Shown: positions 7,076 through 17,018, counted from the stretch's first letter. The stretch is 32,000 bases of DNA from Pyrolobus fumarii 1A (GCF_000223395.1 NC_015931.1:1320001-1352000); one strand, 5' to 3'. Program-made: numbers and translations. The notes: a model not told the origin generated them from the sequence alone.

Positions 7076-8101
7076 TTAACGCAAGGCGGCTGGGAGAGCA
7101 CTCTCACGCACACATCGCAACGCGTGCAAATGGAACCATCGTTCTACTCTCAACCCCTCCTCTGTCGTAGCGCGCAGTTTTACCAGCCACTCGGCGCTAT
7201 CGGCACGTTCGATGTTAACGTACACGTCTACCTCTACCTGGTCGCTTGGCACCGGGTCTCCGGTAACCTCTACAACTAGGCGGATGCTGCCCATCCATGC
7301 GGTATCGACAGGAGCCGCTAGAATCGCGAGCGCCTCACCGCCTGATAGAACCCTTGCTAGCACGATACTATCAACACTCTCGAGTATATCTCGAAAGCCG
7401 CAGCGCCTCACCGTACTACAGTCAAGCCACGCGTCACACCCCCGTAAGTCCATTACCTCTACTTCTACTAGAGGCGCTTCAAGCAGCGAACGTGGAGGCA
7501 TTGTGGTCGCTCGCACGCCACGAACACGAAGACCATGAGTTGGCGCTCTAACGATGGTCTTGACCCGGTACCTACCCAGCTCTACGCCTTCGAGGCTGCA
7601 TCCCGGGCATATACAACACTCCTCTCCCTCGATATCGACTAGGAACAGGTTGTTCACTCCCCTCTCTTCTATAGCAGTGAGTACCCAGTTGAACCCCTCA
7701 AACTTGAACCCAGACGTATAGACGGTCACGTCGCGCGACGTAACATTCGACTCGTTTACTGCCAGCGCCTCTACTCGTATGCTACTCGCGCCCACACGGA
7801 GAGCCTCCAAGCCACGTATCACTACCCTCGCTGGCCTCCTGGCCGTAGCGGCTGCTATGCCAGCTGACGCACCAGCAGCAGCATTAGCTAGGACCGTCAT
7901 TGCATGCTTTACAGCATCGGGTGCCGCCGCCTCCACAACCAGGAGAGGTAGGAGAGCGCCAGCCAACCCACCCATGAACCCTACAATGAGGGGGCCAAGG
8001 TTGTAGACAATCACCATGCAGGGCGTGAATGATAGGCAGGCTCGCCATAACCTCTTCCTAAGCCTCAAAACGACACCAGCAACCCTAATCCACAATATCA
8101 C
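7076..8101 (-). CDS. hypothetical membrane-anchored protein, translationally coupled to tatA
   Basis: GTG 8099-8101 overlaps the tatA stop (GTGA). An alternative ATG is at 8017 (MVIVYNLGPLIVGFMGGLAGALLPLLVV). It has one N-terminal hydrophobic span followed by a beta-rich, Val/Arg-rich body of about 280 aa with no recognisable motif. Confidence 0.5.
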   Translation of the reverse strand: MILWIRVAGVVLRLRKRLWRACLSFTPCMVIVYNLGPLIVGFMGGLAGALLPLLVVEAAAPDAVKHAMTVLANAAAGASAGIAAATARRPARVVIRGLEALRVGASSIRVEALAVNESNVTSRDVTVYTSGFKFEGFNWVLTAIEERGVNNLFLVDIEGEECCICPGCSLEGVELGRYRVKTIVRAPTHGLRVRGVRATTMPPRSLLEAPLVEVEVMDLRGCDAWLDCSTVRRCGFRDILESVDSIVLARVLSGGEALAILAAPVDTAWMGSIRLVVEVTGDPVPSDQVEVDVYVNIERADSAEWLVKLRATTEEGLRVERWFHLHALRCVRESALPAALR

Positions 8102-8418
8102 TTCTTGCTGCCGGAGCTAGCCTCCGACTGCTGCTCGCTCTTCGCCTTCTCGATGATCTCTTTCTTCAGCTCCTCGATACTCTTACCCTCAGTACTAATG
8201 CCCATCTTTTCCGCAAGCTTACGTATCAACTCCTCATCCTCTTTGCTCACCTTACTCTCCTTCTCACCCTCCTTCTCCTTCTTCTCTTCCTCCTCTACAA
8301 GCCCCTGCGAAGCCTTGCGGAACTCGTAGAGGGCTTGACCCAACCCGCGAGCCAACTCCGGTAGCTTCTTTGGACCGAAAATAAGGAGGACTATCACGAG
8401 AATTATGACCCACTCCAT
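8098..8418 (-). CDS. tatA: Sec-independent (twin-arginine) translocase subunit TatA/E
   Basis: MEWVIILVIVLLIFGPKKLPELARGLGQALYEFRK is the canonical TatA TM helix plus amphipathic helix. I chose ATG 8418 because an AAAATAAA TATA box sits about 27 nt upstream, making it leaderless. The track start at 8442 lies inside that box. Confidence 0.8.
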   Translation of the reverse strand: MEWVIILVIVLLIFGPKKLPELARGLGQALYEFRKASQGLVEEEEKKEKEGEKESKVSKEDEELIRKLAEKMGISTEGKSIEELKKEIIEKAKSEQQSEASSGSKK

Positions 8419-8442
8419 GCCCTGAAACGGCCATGCCGACAT

Positions 8443-8450
8443 TTATTTTG
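8443..8450 (-). promoter_or_regulatory. TATA box (AAAATAAA on the minus strand) for tatA
   Basis: The plus-strand TTATTTTG at 8443-8450 is centred about 27 nt upstream of ATG 8418. Confidence 0.4.
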
Positions 8451-8587
8451 CGCCCCCAGGTGCTAACCACACTAAGACTCCTATAAAAAGAGGCATCGGG
8501 TAACATTTTCGTCAACGTGTCGGAGTGCAGAGGAAGGGGCTTAACAGGGCTTAGAGGGTAAGCGTTCCAAACCGGAGTGGCTACTTC

Positions 8588-9655
8588 ATGGCGAGCCACG
8601 AGGAAGAAGCTACTATCTGGGAGCATCTTGAAGAGCTGAGCGTGAGATTACGCCGCATAATCATCGCCATAGCCATAGCCGCTGTTATCTCCGCAGCAGT
8701 GCCTTTAGAGGCACTGCAAGGCATCCTCGCCCTGGCACCAGCCATAATTAACGTTCTACCGTTTCATCATACAGTCCCCAACCACACCTACGTTACTATG
8801 ACCAACAACACGACAAACGTAACAATGATAATGCATAATGTTCTAGAGTGTAACGTCGTCAAACTCTCGGATACCAAGAACGGTCTACTTGTGCTACTCC
8901 GTTGCAAACCCAGCGCAAACAACACGATTAATACAAAGGCTAACTCGGGTGGCAACTCACTACTCCCATTGCCATTCACAATCAGCTGGACACCGCTCGT
9001 CGTGAAAGTCCCCGAAGCCATAGTGTCGGTAGTAGTGCCACAAGAGGTATACGTGGCTGGCAAAACATACCGAGTTGTGCTAATGCCCACCGGCGCTTTC
9101 GAGGCTTTCGAGATAATACTGTTCTCTGCGCTTCTCCTGGGCGTCGTTCTGGCATCGCCCATTATAGTTAGGGAGATATGGGCTTACGTTGAGCCCGCGC
9201 TATACCCCCATGAGAAGGAGCTTATCAAGAAGTACGGCTTCTTCTTTACGCTGTTATTCCTCTTTGGCATAGCGTTAGCGATATTCGTCATAGCTCCACT
9301 AACCTATCGCGTTACGCTCAGCCTCTATCCGTTCTTCATACCATCAGACTACAACGTGATTATCAAGGTGTCTGTTGCCGAGGTGTTAAAGTTCACAGTC
9401 GAGCTAGCCATAGCCACTGGACTGATATTCGAGACACCACTAGTGATCTACATACTAATAGTGCACGGCATACTCGAGCCGGACACCGTTGAGCGCAACC
9501 TCAAGTACGTGTTCCTAGGCGCCATGATACTAGGCGCGATAATCTCGCCAGACCCCAGCGGCCTAGGCATGGTGATAATAGACCTCACGATATACCTCCC
9601 GATCCACCTGGCTGTAAAGATGGCGAAGAAGAAGAAGCATGCGGAAAAAGACTAG
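8588..9655 (+). CDS. tatC: twin-arginine translocase subunit TatC with an enlarged first extracytoplasmic loop
   Basis: The N-terminus WEHLEELSVRLRRIIIAIAIAAV is the TatC HL.ELR.R motif. The downstream TMs and the GAFEAFEIILF, YPHEKE and ISPDPSG motifs fit TatC. An extra loop segment sits between TM1 and the conserved P/E.F motif. Confidence 0.8.
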   Translation: MASHEEEATIWEHLEELSVRLRRIIIAIAIAAVISAAVPLEALQGILALAPAIINVLPFHHTVPNHTYVTMTNNTTNVTMIMHNVLECNVVKLSDTKNGLLVLLRCKPSANNTINTKANSGGNSLLPLPFTISWTPLVVKVPEAIVSVVVPQEVYVAGKTYRVVLMPTGAFEAFEIILFSALLLGVVLASPIIVREIWAYVEPALYPHEKELIKKYGFFFTLLFLFGIALAIFVIAPLTYRVTLSLYPFFIPSDYNVIIKVSVAEVLKFTVELAIATGLIFETPLVIYILIVHGILEPDTVERNLKYVFLGAMILGAIISPDPSGLGMVIIDLTIYLPIHLAVKMAKKKKHAEKD

Positions 9656-9682
9656 CCAGTCTTGACGAGAACGTATATGCGG

Positions 9683-10354
9683 CTACACTAGCCCCATAAG
9701 ATGCATTACCACGAGGGCAGCACTAGAGAACAACACTATCAGCACATTGTCGTCTATCGGGCCGAACTCTAGCCTCTCTATCACAGATGCAACAGCCGCT
9801 ACAAGCATGCCCGGCACACCCAGTAATCCACCCACGAGTGGCACGGTAACAGTGGCCATCGCCAGGTTGCCAACCCAGTGTTTACTCCTTCTACCAACCA
9901 CCACGTTACGCACAACACCTGTAACGGCATCGCCTATTGATATGAGCAGCGCTGGCGTCACTGCTATCCACGGATTGCCGGTGATCAGCCATAGGATTGC
10001 AATGCCCAGCGCCCATGCTATACAGAAGTTGACCTCGTAGGCGTTATCTGGCACCTGGAACCAGTACATCAGCTTGTTTGTCGCCCTCGCTAATGCGAGA
10101 CCGGCTGCTAGTACGAGACCCATGACCAGAGGGATGAGTGGACTTGTGAAGACGAAGGGTGTTAGAAAAGCTACTACGCCTCCTCCAAAAACATGGATGT
10201 ACTTTCGGACGAAGTACACCGCGCGGTAGTATCCGAGGCCGATACCCCGTAGGGCGTTATAGAGGAGCTTGGAGAGAATTACGATTAGAGCAACATAGCC
10301 TAGCAACAATGCGCCAATGAGAGCCTCATTAGAGGGGGACAAACGGTGCCCCAT
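9683..10354 (-). CDS. polytopic membrane protein, dolichol/polyprenol kinase-like (CTP-transferase-1 superfamily)
   Basis: Multi-TM protein with ISIGDAVTGVVRNVVVGRRSKHWVGNLAMATVT, which resembles the GD..A..vGr..G..K..EGs motif of dolichol/phytol kinases. I preferred ATG 10354 over TTG 10366. Confidence 0.45.
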   Translation of the reverse strand: MGHRLSPSNEALIGALLLGYVALIVILSKLLYNALRGIGLGYYRAVYFVRKYIHVFGGGVVAFLTPFVFTSPLIPLVMGLVLAAGLALARATNKLMYWFQVPDNAYEVNFCIAWALGIAILWLITGNPWIAVTPALLISIGDAVTGVVRNVVVGRRSKHWVGNLAMATVTVPLVGGLLGVPGMLVAAVASVIERLEFGPIDDNVLIVLFSSAALVVMHLMGLV

Positions 10355-10405
10355 GTGAAACGGCAAAAGCCTAGGGGTATTATGATGTAGCTACGACTCT
10401 GGTCT

Positions 10406-12406
10406 TTACTCTCCTCGGAACTTCGCTGCCCTCCTCTTCTCGAGGAATGCTCTGATGCCCTCCTTTGCGTCCTCGCTTGCAAGCAACGCCGAGAACATGC
10501 CAGCTTCTGCTGCGAGGCCCGCCGCTAGGCTTGACTCGGCTGCTGCCCTTACAACGCGCTTCGCAGCAGCTATGGCAAGTGGTGGTTTCTCGGCTAGCTT
10601 CTTGGCTAGTAGCCTCGCCTCGAATTCCAGCAGCGATGCTGGCACGACGTCAGCTACAAGTCCCCACTGTTCGGCTGTCTCAGCGTCGATCATCTCGCCG
10701 GTCATCACAAGCCATAGGGCGCGGGATACACCAAGGTGCTTTACGAGCCTCTGTGTACCGCCAGCACCGGGTATGAAGCCCAGGTTTATCTCGGGCTGAC
10801 CTAGGGTGGCACGGTCGCTTGCTATTCTAATGTCGGCTGCTAGCGCGAGTTCCAGGCCTCCACCAAGTGCATACCCGTCAATGGCCACGATGATGGCTGC
10901 CGGGGCCTCCTCTAGCAACCTGGCGGTCTTGCCGAACTCCTCGCTTATCTCCAGCCAGGCCTTCTGCGGCTTAGTCTCGGCAATCTTCCTGATATCGAAG
11001 CCGGCTGATAGCACTCCACCCGCACCCATCAATACTATCGCTCGTGCACCCCGCGCGATCAGGGTCTCGATAGCCTCGCGTATACCCTTGAGCATATCGG
11101 GGTTGAGCGCGTTGCGCGCCTCTGGGCGGTTTAGTATGACCCATCCAATGTTCTCCTCCAGGCGGGCAACTACTTTGCCGCTGGCGAACTCCATCTTCTC
11201 GACACGATACTCGTGGAAGCCCTTGCCTGCAGAGACGCCAGTCTCGCCCTTCTCTACCTTCTCGCGTAGGATGCTTACCGCTTGATAGTCTGGGAGACCC
11301 CAGCGCTTAGCCTTGCTATCAATACTCTCGAGTATCTTGTCGAGGCCTATGAGGTCGCCTAGTGCAAGTATACCCATTGGTAGGTTTAGGCCAAGTACCG
11401 TCGCCTTATCCACGTCGCTCGGGTCTGCAACGCCGTTCTCGACTAGCCACGCACCCTCATTGACACCCATGTCGACCATTTGTATGTAATCCACTCTCTT
11501 TGCCACACGTGGCGGTAGGCTCGGTTTGAGGAACTTGCCGGGGCCCGGATACTTGTAGAAGCCCTCGCCGCTCTTAACGCCCAGCTTCCCGCTCTCAACC
11601 ATCTCTTCGAACAACTTACACAGTGTCATGTTGAAGCCTCGGCTTATCATATTCTTCGAGAGGTCTACGAGGACGTCTAGCCCTATGTAGTCAGCCAGCT
11701 CAAAGGCCCCCATAGGGAAGCCTAGCTTGAAGCGTAGAGCTGCATCCACCTGCTCGATGGTGTAGACCCCCTTCTCGACGAGCCTGCATGATTCGTTGAG
11801 TATGCGTATCATTACACGGTTTACTATGAAACCGGGTACGTCCTTGCGCACAACAACCGGCTCCTTGCCGAGCCTCTTAGCGAGGGCAACAATAGTCTCA
11901 ACGGTATCATCGCTAGTCTTGGCACCGCGAACAACCTCTACCAGCTTGAGGATCTGTGGCGGGTTGAAGAAGTGCATGCCTGCGACTTTCTCGGGTCTAC
12001 TGGTAGCCTCAGCTATCTCGCTGATGGGTATGCTGCTCGTGTTAGTCGTTAGTATCGCGTGAGGCGGCGCCACCTCGTCAACGGTCTTGAAGACTTGCCT
12101 CTTTATCTCGAGCTTCTCTGGGACAGCCTCGACCATATAGTCGATGCCTTCAGCCGCCTTGCGTAGGTCAGTGCTTGTCTCTATCCTCGCCATCACAGCA
12201 TCTATAGGCTCGCGAAGCGCGCCTTTAGACGCGAGCTTCTCTAGACTGGCCCTTATCCTTTCGAGCGCACGGCGCAGGAACTCCTCCTTTATATCCACGA
12301 GGCGCACACGGTAACCATTCATGGCGAATACTTGGGCTATACCGTGACCCATCACACCAGCGCCAACAACGAGAACTGTCTTGATCTCCTCTGGGCGTAG
12401 AGGCAT
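10406..12406 (-). CDS. bifunctional 3-hydroxyacyl-CoA dehydrogenase / enoyl-CoA hydratase (crotonase)
   Basis: The N-terminal Rossmann motif VLVVGAGVMGHGIAQVFA and the HBD core are followed by a C-terminal crotonase fold (ALNPDM...GAGGVLSAGFDI...GGGLELALAADIRIA). This matches the fusion enzyme used in crenarchaeal hydroxybutyrate/fatty-acid metabolism. Confidence 0.9.
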   Translation of the reverse strand: MPLRPEEIKTVLVVGAGVMGHGIAQVFAMNGYRVRLVDIKEEFLRRALERIRASLEKLASKGALREPIDAVMARIETSTDLRKAAEGIDYMVEAVPEKLEIKRQVFKTVDEVAPPHAILTTNTSSIPISEIAEATSRPEKVAGMHFFNPPQILKLVEVVRGAKTSDDTVETIVALAKRLGKEPVVVRKDVPGFIVNRVMIRILNESCRLVEKGVYTIEQVDAALRFKLGFPMGAFELADYIGLDVLVDLSKNMISRGFNMTLCKLFEEMVESGKLGVKSGEGFYKYPGPGKFLKPSLPPRVAKRVDYIQMVDMGVNEGAWLVENGVADPSDVDKATVLGLNLPMGILALGDLIGLDKILESIDSKAKRWGLPDYQAVSILREKVEKGETGVSAGKGFHEYRVEKMEFASGKVVARLEENIGWVILNRPEARNALNPDMLKGIREAIETLIARGARAIVLMGAGGVLSAGFDIRKIAETKPQKAWLEISEEFGKTARLLEEAPAAIIVAIDGYALGGGLELALAADIRIASDRATLGQPEINLGFIPGAGGTQRLVKHLGVSRALWLVMTGEMIDAETAEQWGLVADVVPASLLEFEARLLAKKLAEKPPLAIAAAKRVVRAAAESSLAAGLAAEAGMFSALLASEDAKEGIRAFLEKRRAAKFRGE

Positions 12407-12507
12407 CGTGAACTACACCCTCCCGGCAGAGGCACAACGGGATGGGAGGTTAAGTGTGGAGAGGCACCCTAAGAGCGTGATACTGGTACCTACCTTGGGG
12501 TATTGCT

Positions 12508-15500
12508 GTGGAAGAGTGCAGGCTGCCGTCATACGAGAGGAGGCTTAGCGAGGTTGGATTGGAGGCCCGTGAGACTCTCGCGTTGACACGCAACCTCCCG
12601 TCAATAAAACCGATAGTTGAGCGCGTAGAGGCATTCCTCGACTCTCTTCAAAAGGCTGAACGACCACAGATACTTCTTGTCGTGGGTGACTGGGGTGAGG
12701 GCAAAACCGCCCTCTACCAGGGCATCATCAAACCCAGGTGCGATGAGGGGAAGCTTGCGTGCACACGTGTAGTGGCATCCAACGTGTTCCATTGGATGCG
12801 CCGCGTTATCCGCGAGCTGCCACCCGGTGAAGCCTTCCTCTACGGCCTTGTCTGCTCCGCTCTCCACTCTAGGCGAGGCACTACATGCGATCCTAGGAGA
12901 CTCGACGAGCTTGTCACAGAGCTATACGAGGATCTGTGCACGAAGAGGGGTTTAGCGTTCGGCACACCGCTACTCATCTACATAGATGAGTTCGAGGATA
13001 TCGTCTCACTCTTTGACAGCCGAGATGGTCTTGAGGTGATAAGGGGTGTCATGGAGGGTCTAGTACAACTCGCTAATCGCGACCTAGCTATGCTTGAGGA
13101 GAGGGGGCTCGGTGACAAGATACATCTTGTGATAGCCGTATCTAGGTCTGCCCATAACGTGCTTCAAACGAGAGGCGAGACCGCCAATATATGGCCGCGT
13201 GTGGCTCGCCGAGAGAATGTCGTCGAGCTTAGGAGGCTAACTGTCGCCGAGTCAGCTTGGCTGCTCGACAAGCTGGTAGCCATGGTGTATGGCAGCCGAG
13301 TTAAAGGCGTGACTGATGTTGCCGAGTATGCTTCCCTCCTCAACCCAGCTCTGCTTGCTTCGACGGGGCTGCCAGCCGCACTCGAGAGGATAGCGAATAC
13401 GCTTGCCGAGAAACTCACGGCCCTATGTAATGGCGAGAAGTCTGCTAGGCTGACTGTGCTCAACGCACCAGAAGTCCTGTCCAACGCCGAGGTTAACATA
13501 GAGGGCGTCTACGAGAAGGTACTTATTCTCGACGAGTATCTCGCAATCGAACACACGTGTGTACGCGAACTTGAGAAGCTGGGCATACCTCATGATAAAG
13601 CCCTCTTCGCGTGCAGGCTTGTACTCCTCTCGCGCAGCGGCGTACCAGAGAAGCTCGTTGACAATCTGGCTGCTGGCTTGTCACGCGCTCTGCGCTTCCG
13701 CGGATTTGCAGGCAAAGCTCGACTTTACCGTGTAGTTGTAGAGCCAAGTATGTTCCTTGAGAGAGCACTCGCCGTTATCAAGCGCTTGGAGGAGAGTAGC
13801 CAGCTCTATGCGGAGGCGGTTAGACAACTCGGCTCTGAGACCCTGGAGGTGTACCGTAGCCTACTCGATCCTCTGCTAGGCTACTGTGCTGACGGGGGAC
13901 TATGCCTCTCTAAGCCTGAAGAACTACGACATACCCTATCCGAGAGGCTTGGTGTGGAGAGGAGCCTTGCCGAGATCCTAGCAGCATTCGTCGAGGAGAC
14001 CATCCAGATGCTCGTCGAGGATGGCGTGCTCCGCGAGGAGGGCAGCGCCCTGGAAGTTCCTATCGAGAAAGCCTCCAGGTACATATTCTCTCATGAGGTT
14101 GCGCTCCTCGACTTCATACCACGTGAGGATAGACTACGTGTCTGGAGGGAGGCGAGACGCGTAAGCATAGACGCCATCGTTGCCAGTATAGCGCCGCTTG
14201 TTGCCACGAACCTGGCTAGGCTTGTACCAGGCGCTTCTAGCGAGCGTCTCGAGTCGCAGTTTTACGAGAAGGAGGGTGTCAAAGGGTTACTGGTCCGGAT
14301 ACGAGGAGAGCCTGGCAGAGCTAGGATACGAGTCGGTGGGAGAAGTACTGTACAGGTACGTATCCCCCGCGAGCTTAGGGTACTCCTGGTGCCGGTTTCG
14401 GAGGAGCTTGACGCCGAGCAAGTGAAGAGACTATTCTCCGACTTGGATGTGTATTCGCGCCCACACTTACTCCTCATGGTCAGTGTGGGTGACGTACCCG
14501 GCCTTGAGGATACGATACCCGTCCTGGAGGCTAGTCTCGGCGTACCCGTTGAGAGGATCTCATTGCAGAGGATAGCCGCGCTACGCCTGGCAGCCATAAG
14601 CGTCCAGGCTAGCAGGACGGGTGTACCACCAGGCTCTGCAAGTTTTGTACGAAGCTTGTCCGCGATGCTAGAGGGTAAGAGCGTCGCACTACGAGGCTTT
14701 GATGTCACGAAACTCCAGGATGCTCTTACGAGGATAGCCAGGGATATTGGAATACTGTTGCTGCACGAAGAGGTGGAGAAGCTGCTCCTTAGGCATGGCG
14801 TGCTGTTGCCGAGAGAGTTGAGAGGTTCTAATGGCGAGCTTTACAAGCCCGAGGATCTAGTGGCTGTTCTACGCTGGCTTACCCTATACCCGGGTAGGCT
14901 CGACGAGAGCGTCGAGGTAAGAAAGATATACGAGGAGATTGAGGAGAACGTGCGCCGCTACATGGTCTATGGTAAGCGGTACTTCGAGCTGATAGGGAGG
15001 GACATAGAGTCTCCGTCGGAGTTTGAGAAACTAGTCTATAGTCTCGAACCTTTACACCTAGGCATTGTCGACGTGTCTAGTAGCGGCGTTAAGAGAGTTA
15101 GACTCACGCTTGGAGACTCACCCTACATATCGAGGCTGATACGCAGCCTTAGAGGCACGTCTAGCCTTGATGCACTCGTGTCAGCGTTTGTTGACCCGGG
15201 TAGCGGTGAGGCTACCCAGGCGCTACTAGAGGCTGCCATCGCACTGGGCCTGCTTAGTGTAGATAAACACGGTTCAGCTACACGTGTGGACCTTGAGGCC
15301 GAGTTAGTAGCTCTAGGGCGCGACCTGGCATCCTTCGAGGAGAGATTATCGTCGCGTATCGATAGAATGGGCTACATGATATTTGGTAAGGAGCGTGGCT
15401 ATCGCGCCGCCGTTACTCGTAGACTACTAGAGTCTATACGCGAGAGGTTAGAGCTGGCCACGCGCCTCGCAGCCCACAATACGTTCGAGGCTGTGCGGCT

Positions 15501-17001
15501 CCTGGTGTCTGCAAAGCGACTCTCCGACGACCTGCTAGGCGTCGATGCGAGGTATGACGCAGAAAGGGAGAAGTGCGGCGAGTATCGTAGACACGCTGAA
15601 CTCATAGTAGCTGCTGATAAGGCGTTCAGGGCATACATCGCTAGGCTAGAATCACTCCTGCACGAGGTGCGAAACAAACACAATACACTCATAGAGCTTC
15701 TAGAGAGACACGTTGTTGAAGAGGGATTGAGAGTAACCAATAGTCTCCTGTCTCGCCTAGAGAGAGCAAGGAGAACCCTCAACGAGCTATACGAGGCGCG
15801 CCTCTCGGAGGCAGAGTTGGAGGCCATAGCTAGACGCTTATGGGAGCGAGCGAGAGAACCAAAGAGTTTCCCATTCTACTTCCAGGGCAACGGACCCAGA
15901 TACTGCTTCAACTACAAGCTGTGGAGTGCAATCGAAGAACATAACGTGACATCGCTGATAGACGAAGCTAATAGGTGGCTCGAAGAGGTGGACAGGATCA
16001 TCTCCAGGATAAGTGGCTTCGTGGAGAGCATTCACAGCATTAAGGTCGAGGCCGAGAAGCTCATTCAAAGCATCAGAGGTACTGAGCTAGGCTCGAGGCT
16101 TCTAACTGGTCTAGATAGCATCGAAGAGCCGGGTATAACGAGGATAAGGGTTAGCGAGGTTCTCGATATAGGCGGGTCAGGAGGGCTACATAGTCTAAGC
16201 GAGCTTGTCGGTGGCTGGATTAGTGAGAACGACCCGCGCCGAATCATCTCAAGGCTACAAGAACTATCCCGTATTACAGCCACCGTGGAGACCCTACTTG
16301 ATCGCATTAAAGCAGCGCATGCCGACGCCGAGAGGATGCGCTCAACTCTTGCAAAACTAACGCAGAGAATAGAAGAGAGTCGAGTGCTGGAGACGCTAGC
16401 TGCTATCCTTGAGGCTCTGGATGAGATCGCGAGTCTAGCATCTAACGCGGATAGTGTGCTTGAACGTGTAAAGCCGGCATCCAGATTCGATGCTATGCTC
16501 GAGCAAGCTAGGCGTGTACAAGAGGATATTGAGGCCACTGCCCGTAGAATAGATGATCTGGTACGCGACATAGAGCATAGGATTAACGTTCTATCGTCTA
16601 TTCTTGAGTCTAGGCTCAAGAGTCTAGTTGAGAAGTATGGCGTGGTAGAGAGGGTAGCAGAGAGGGTTAATGATGAAGGGTTAAGGAGAGTGGCCTCTAT
16701 TGTGAGAGAAGCTAGACGAATACTAGCACGCAAGTCGCCTGGCATCGATCACATCGCCGAGCTTATTGATGCCATTGCAGGACTCGAGATGCTCCCAGAG
16801 CCAGAGACTCTGGTAGAACAGGCCATTGCTAATCTGGGTCTGAGTAAGGCTGAGGCACGTCTGTTAATATTGATAGCTGGTAGAGGTACGACCAGGGTTT
16901 CAACACTAATCCGTGAGTCTGGACTAGACCCGCAGGAGGTCAAAGAGGCACTGTGGCGTCTGGTCGAACGTGGCATTATAGACGTCCAGATTGTCTACTG
17001 A
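12508..17001 (+). CDS. giant (1,497 aa) AAA+/P-loop NTPase with a long helical/coiled-coil region and a C-terminal winged-helix domain; function unknown
   Basis: GTG start. Walker A is GDWGEGKT (nt 12685-12708) and Walker B is LLIYIDEFED (DE at 12985-12990). There is a sensor-like HLVIAVSRS and a lid-like VELRRLTVAESAWLL. Residues about 940-1420 are E/R/L-rich and heptad-like. The final roughly 60 aa, LSKAEARLLILIAGRGTTRVSTLIRESGLDPQEVKEALWRLVERGIIDV, form a MarR/TrmB-like wHTH. Confidence 0.8.
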   Translation: MEECRLPSYERRLSEVGLEARETLALTRNLPSIKPIVERVEAFLDSLQKAERPQILLVVGDWGEGKTALYQGIIKPRCDEGKLACTRVVASNVFHWMRRVIRELPPGEAFLYGLVCSALHSRRGTTCDPRRLDELVTELYEDLCTKRGLAFGTPLLIYIDEFEDIVSLFDSRDGLEVIRGVMEGLVQLANRDLAMLEERGLGDKIHLVIAVSRSAHNVLQTRGETANIWPRVARRENVVELRRLTVAESAWLLDKLVAMVYGSRVKGVTDVAEYASLLNPALLASTGLPAALERIANTLAEKLTALCNGEKSARLTVLNAPEVLSNAEVNIEGVYEKVLILDEYLAIEHTCVRELEKLGIPHDKALFACRLVLLSRSGVPEKLVDNLAAGLSRALRFRGFAGKARLYRVVVEPSMFLERALAVIKRLEESSQLYAEAVRQLGSETLEVYRSLLDPLLGYCADGGLCLSKPEELRHTLSERLGVERSLAEILAAFVEETIQMLVEDGVLREEGSALEVPIEKASRYIFSHEVALLDFIPREDRLRVWREARRVSIDAIVASIAPLVATNLARLVPGASSERLESQFYEKEGVKGLLVRIRGEPGRARIRVGGRSTVQVRIPRELRVLLVPVSEELDAEQVKRLFSDLDVYSRPHLLLMVSVGDVPGLEDTIPVLEASLGVPVERISLQRIAALRLAAISVQASRTGVPPGSASFVRSLSAMLEGKSVALRGFDVTKLQDALTRIARDIGILLLHEEVEKLLLRHGVLLPRELRGSNGELYKPEDLVAVLRWLTLYPGRLDESVEVRKIYEEIEENVRRYMVYGKRYFELIGRDIESPSEFEKLVYSLEPLHLGIVDVSSSGVKRVRLTLGDSPYISRLIRSLRGTSSLDALVSAFVDPGSGEATQALLEAAIALGLLSVDKHGSATRVDLEAELVALGRDLASFEERLSSRIDRMGYMIFGKERGYRAAVTRRLLESIRERLELATRLAAHNTFEAVRLLVSAKRLSDDLLGVDARYDAEREKCGEYRRHAELIVAADKAFRAYIARLESLLHEVRNKHNTLIELLERHVVEEGLRVTNSLLSRLERARRTLNELYEARLSEAELEAIARRLWERAREPKSFPFYFQGNGPRYCFNYKLWSAIEEHNVTSLIDEANRWLEEVDRIISRISGFVESIHSIKVEAEKLIQSIRGTELGSRLLTGLDSIEEPGITRIRVSEVLDIGGSGGLHSLSELVGGWISENDPRRIISRLQELSRITATVETLLDRIKAAHADAERMRSTLAKLTQRIEESRVLETLAAILEALDEIASLASNADSVLERVKPASRFDAMLEQARRVQEDIEATARRIDDLVRDIEHRINVLSSILESRLKSLVEKYGVVERVAERVNDEGLRRVASIVREARRILARKSPGIDHIAELIDAIAGLEMLPEPETLVEQAIANLGLSKAEARLLILIAGRGTTRVSTLIRESGLDPQEVKEALWRLVERGIIDVQIVY

Positions 17002-17018
17002 AAGACCGGTGGGCGGGT

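Noticed and set aside
8264-8626. A 120-aa minus-strand ORF spanning the tatA 5' end and the tatA/tatC intergenic region.
   Set aside because: It overlaps the tatA coding sequence out of frame and crosses both promoters. Its translation is not protein-like (Pro/Ser/Gly/Arg-rich).
10382-10405. An AUGAUGU C-box-like heptamer in the gap between the kinase-like gene and the HBD/crotonase gene.
   Set aside because: No CUGA D or D' box occurs at 12 nt or anywhere within 60 nt, and the gap is only 39 bp.
13164-16976. Long antisense ORFs inside the giant NTPase gene (for example 16065..16745 at 226 aa, 15399..15827, 14262..14708, 13164..13499, 16749..16976).
   Set aside because: Their translations are Ser/Leu/Arg/Thr-rich low-complexity strings, as expected from the reverse complement of a Glu/Leu/Arg-rich GC-biased gene. 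They carry no motifs and fully overlap a gene that has clear motifs.
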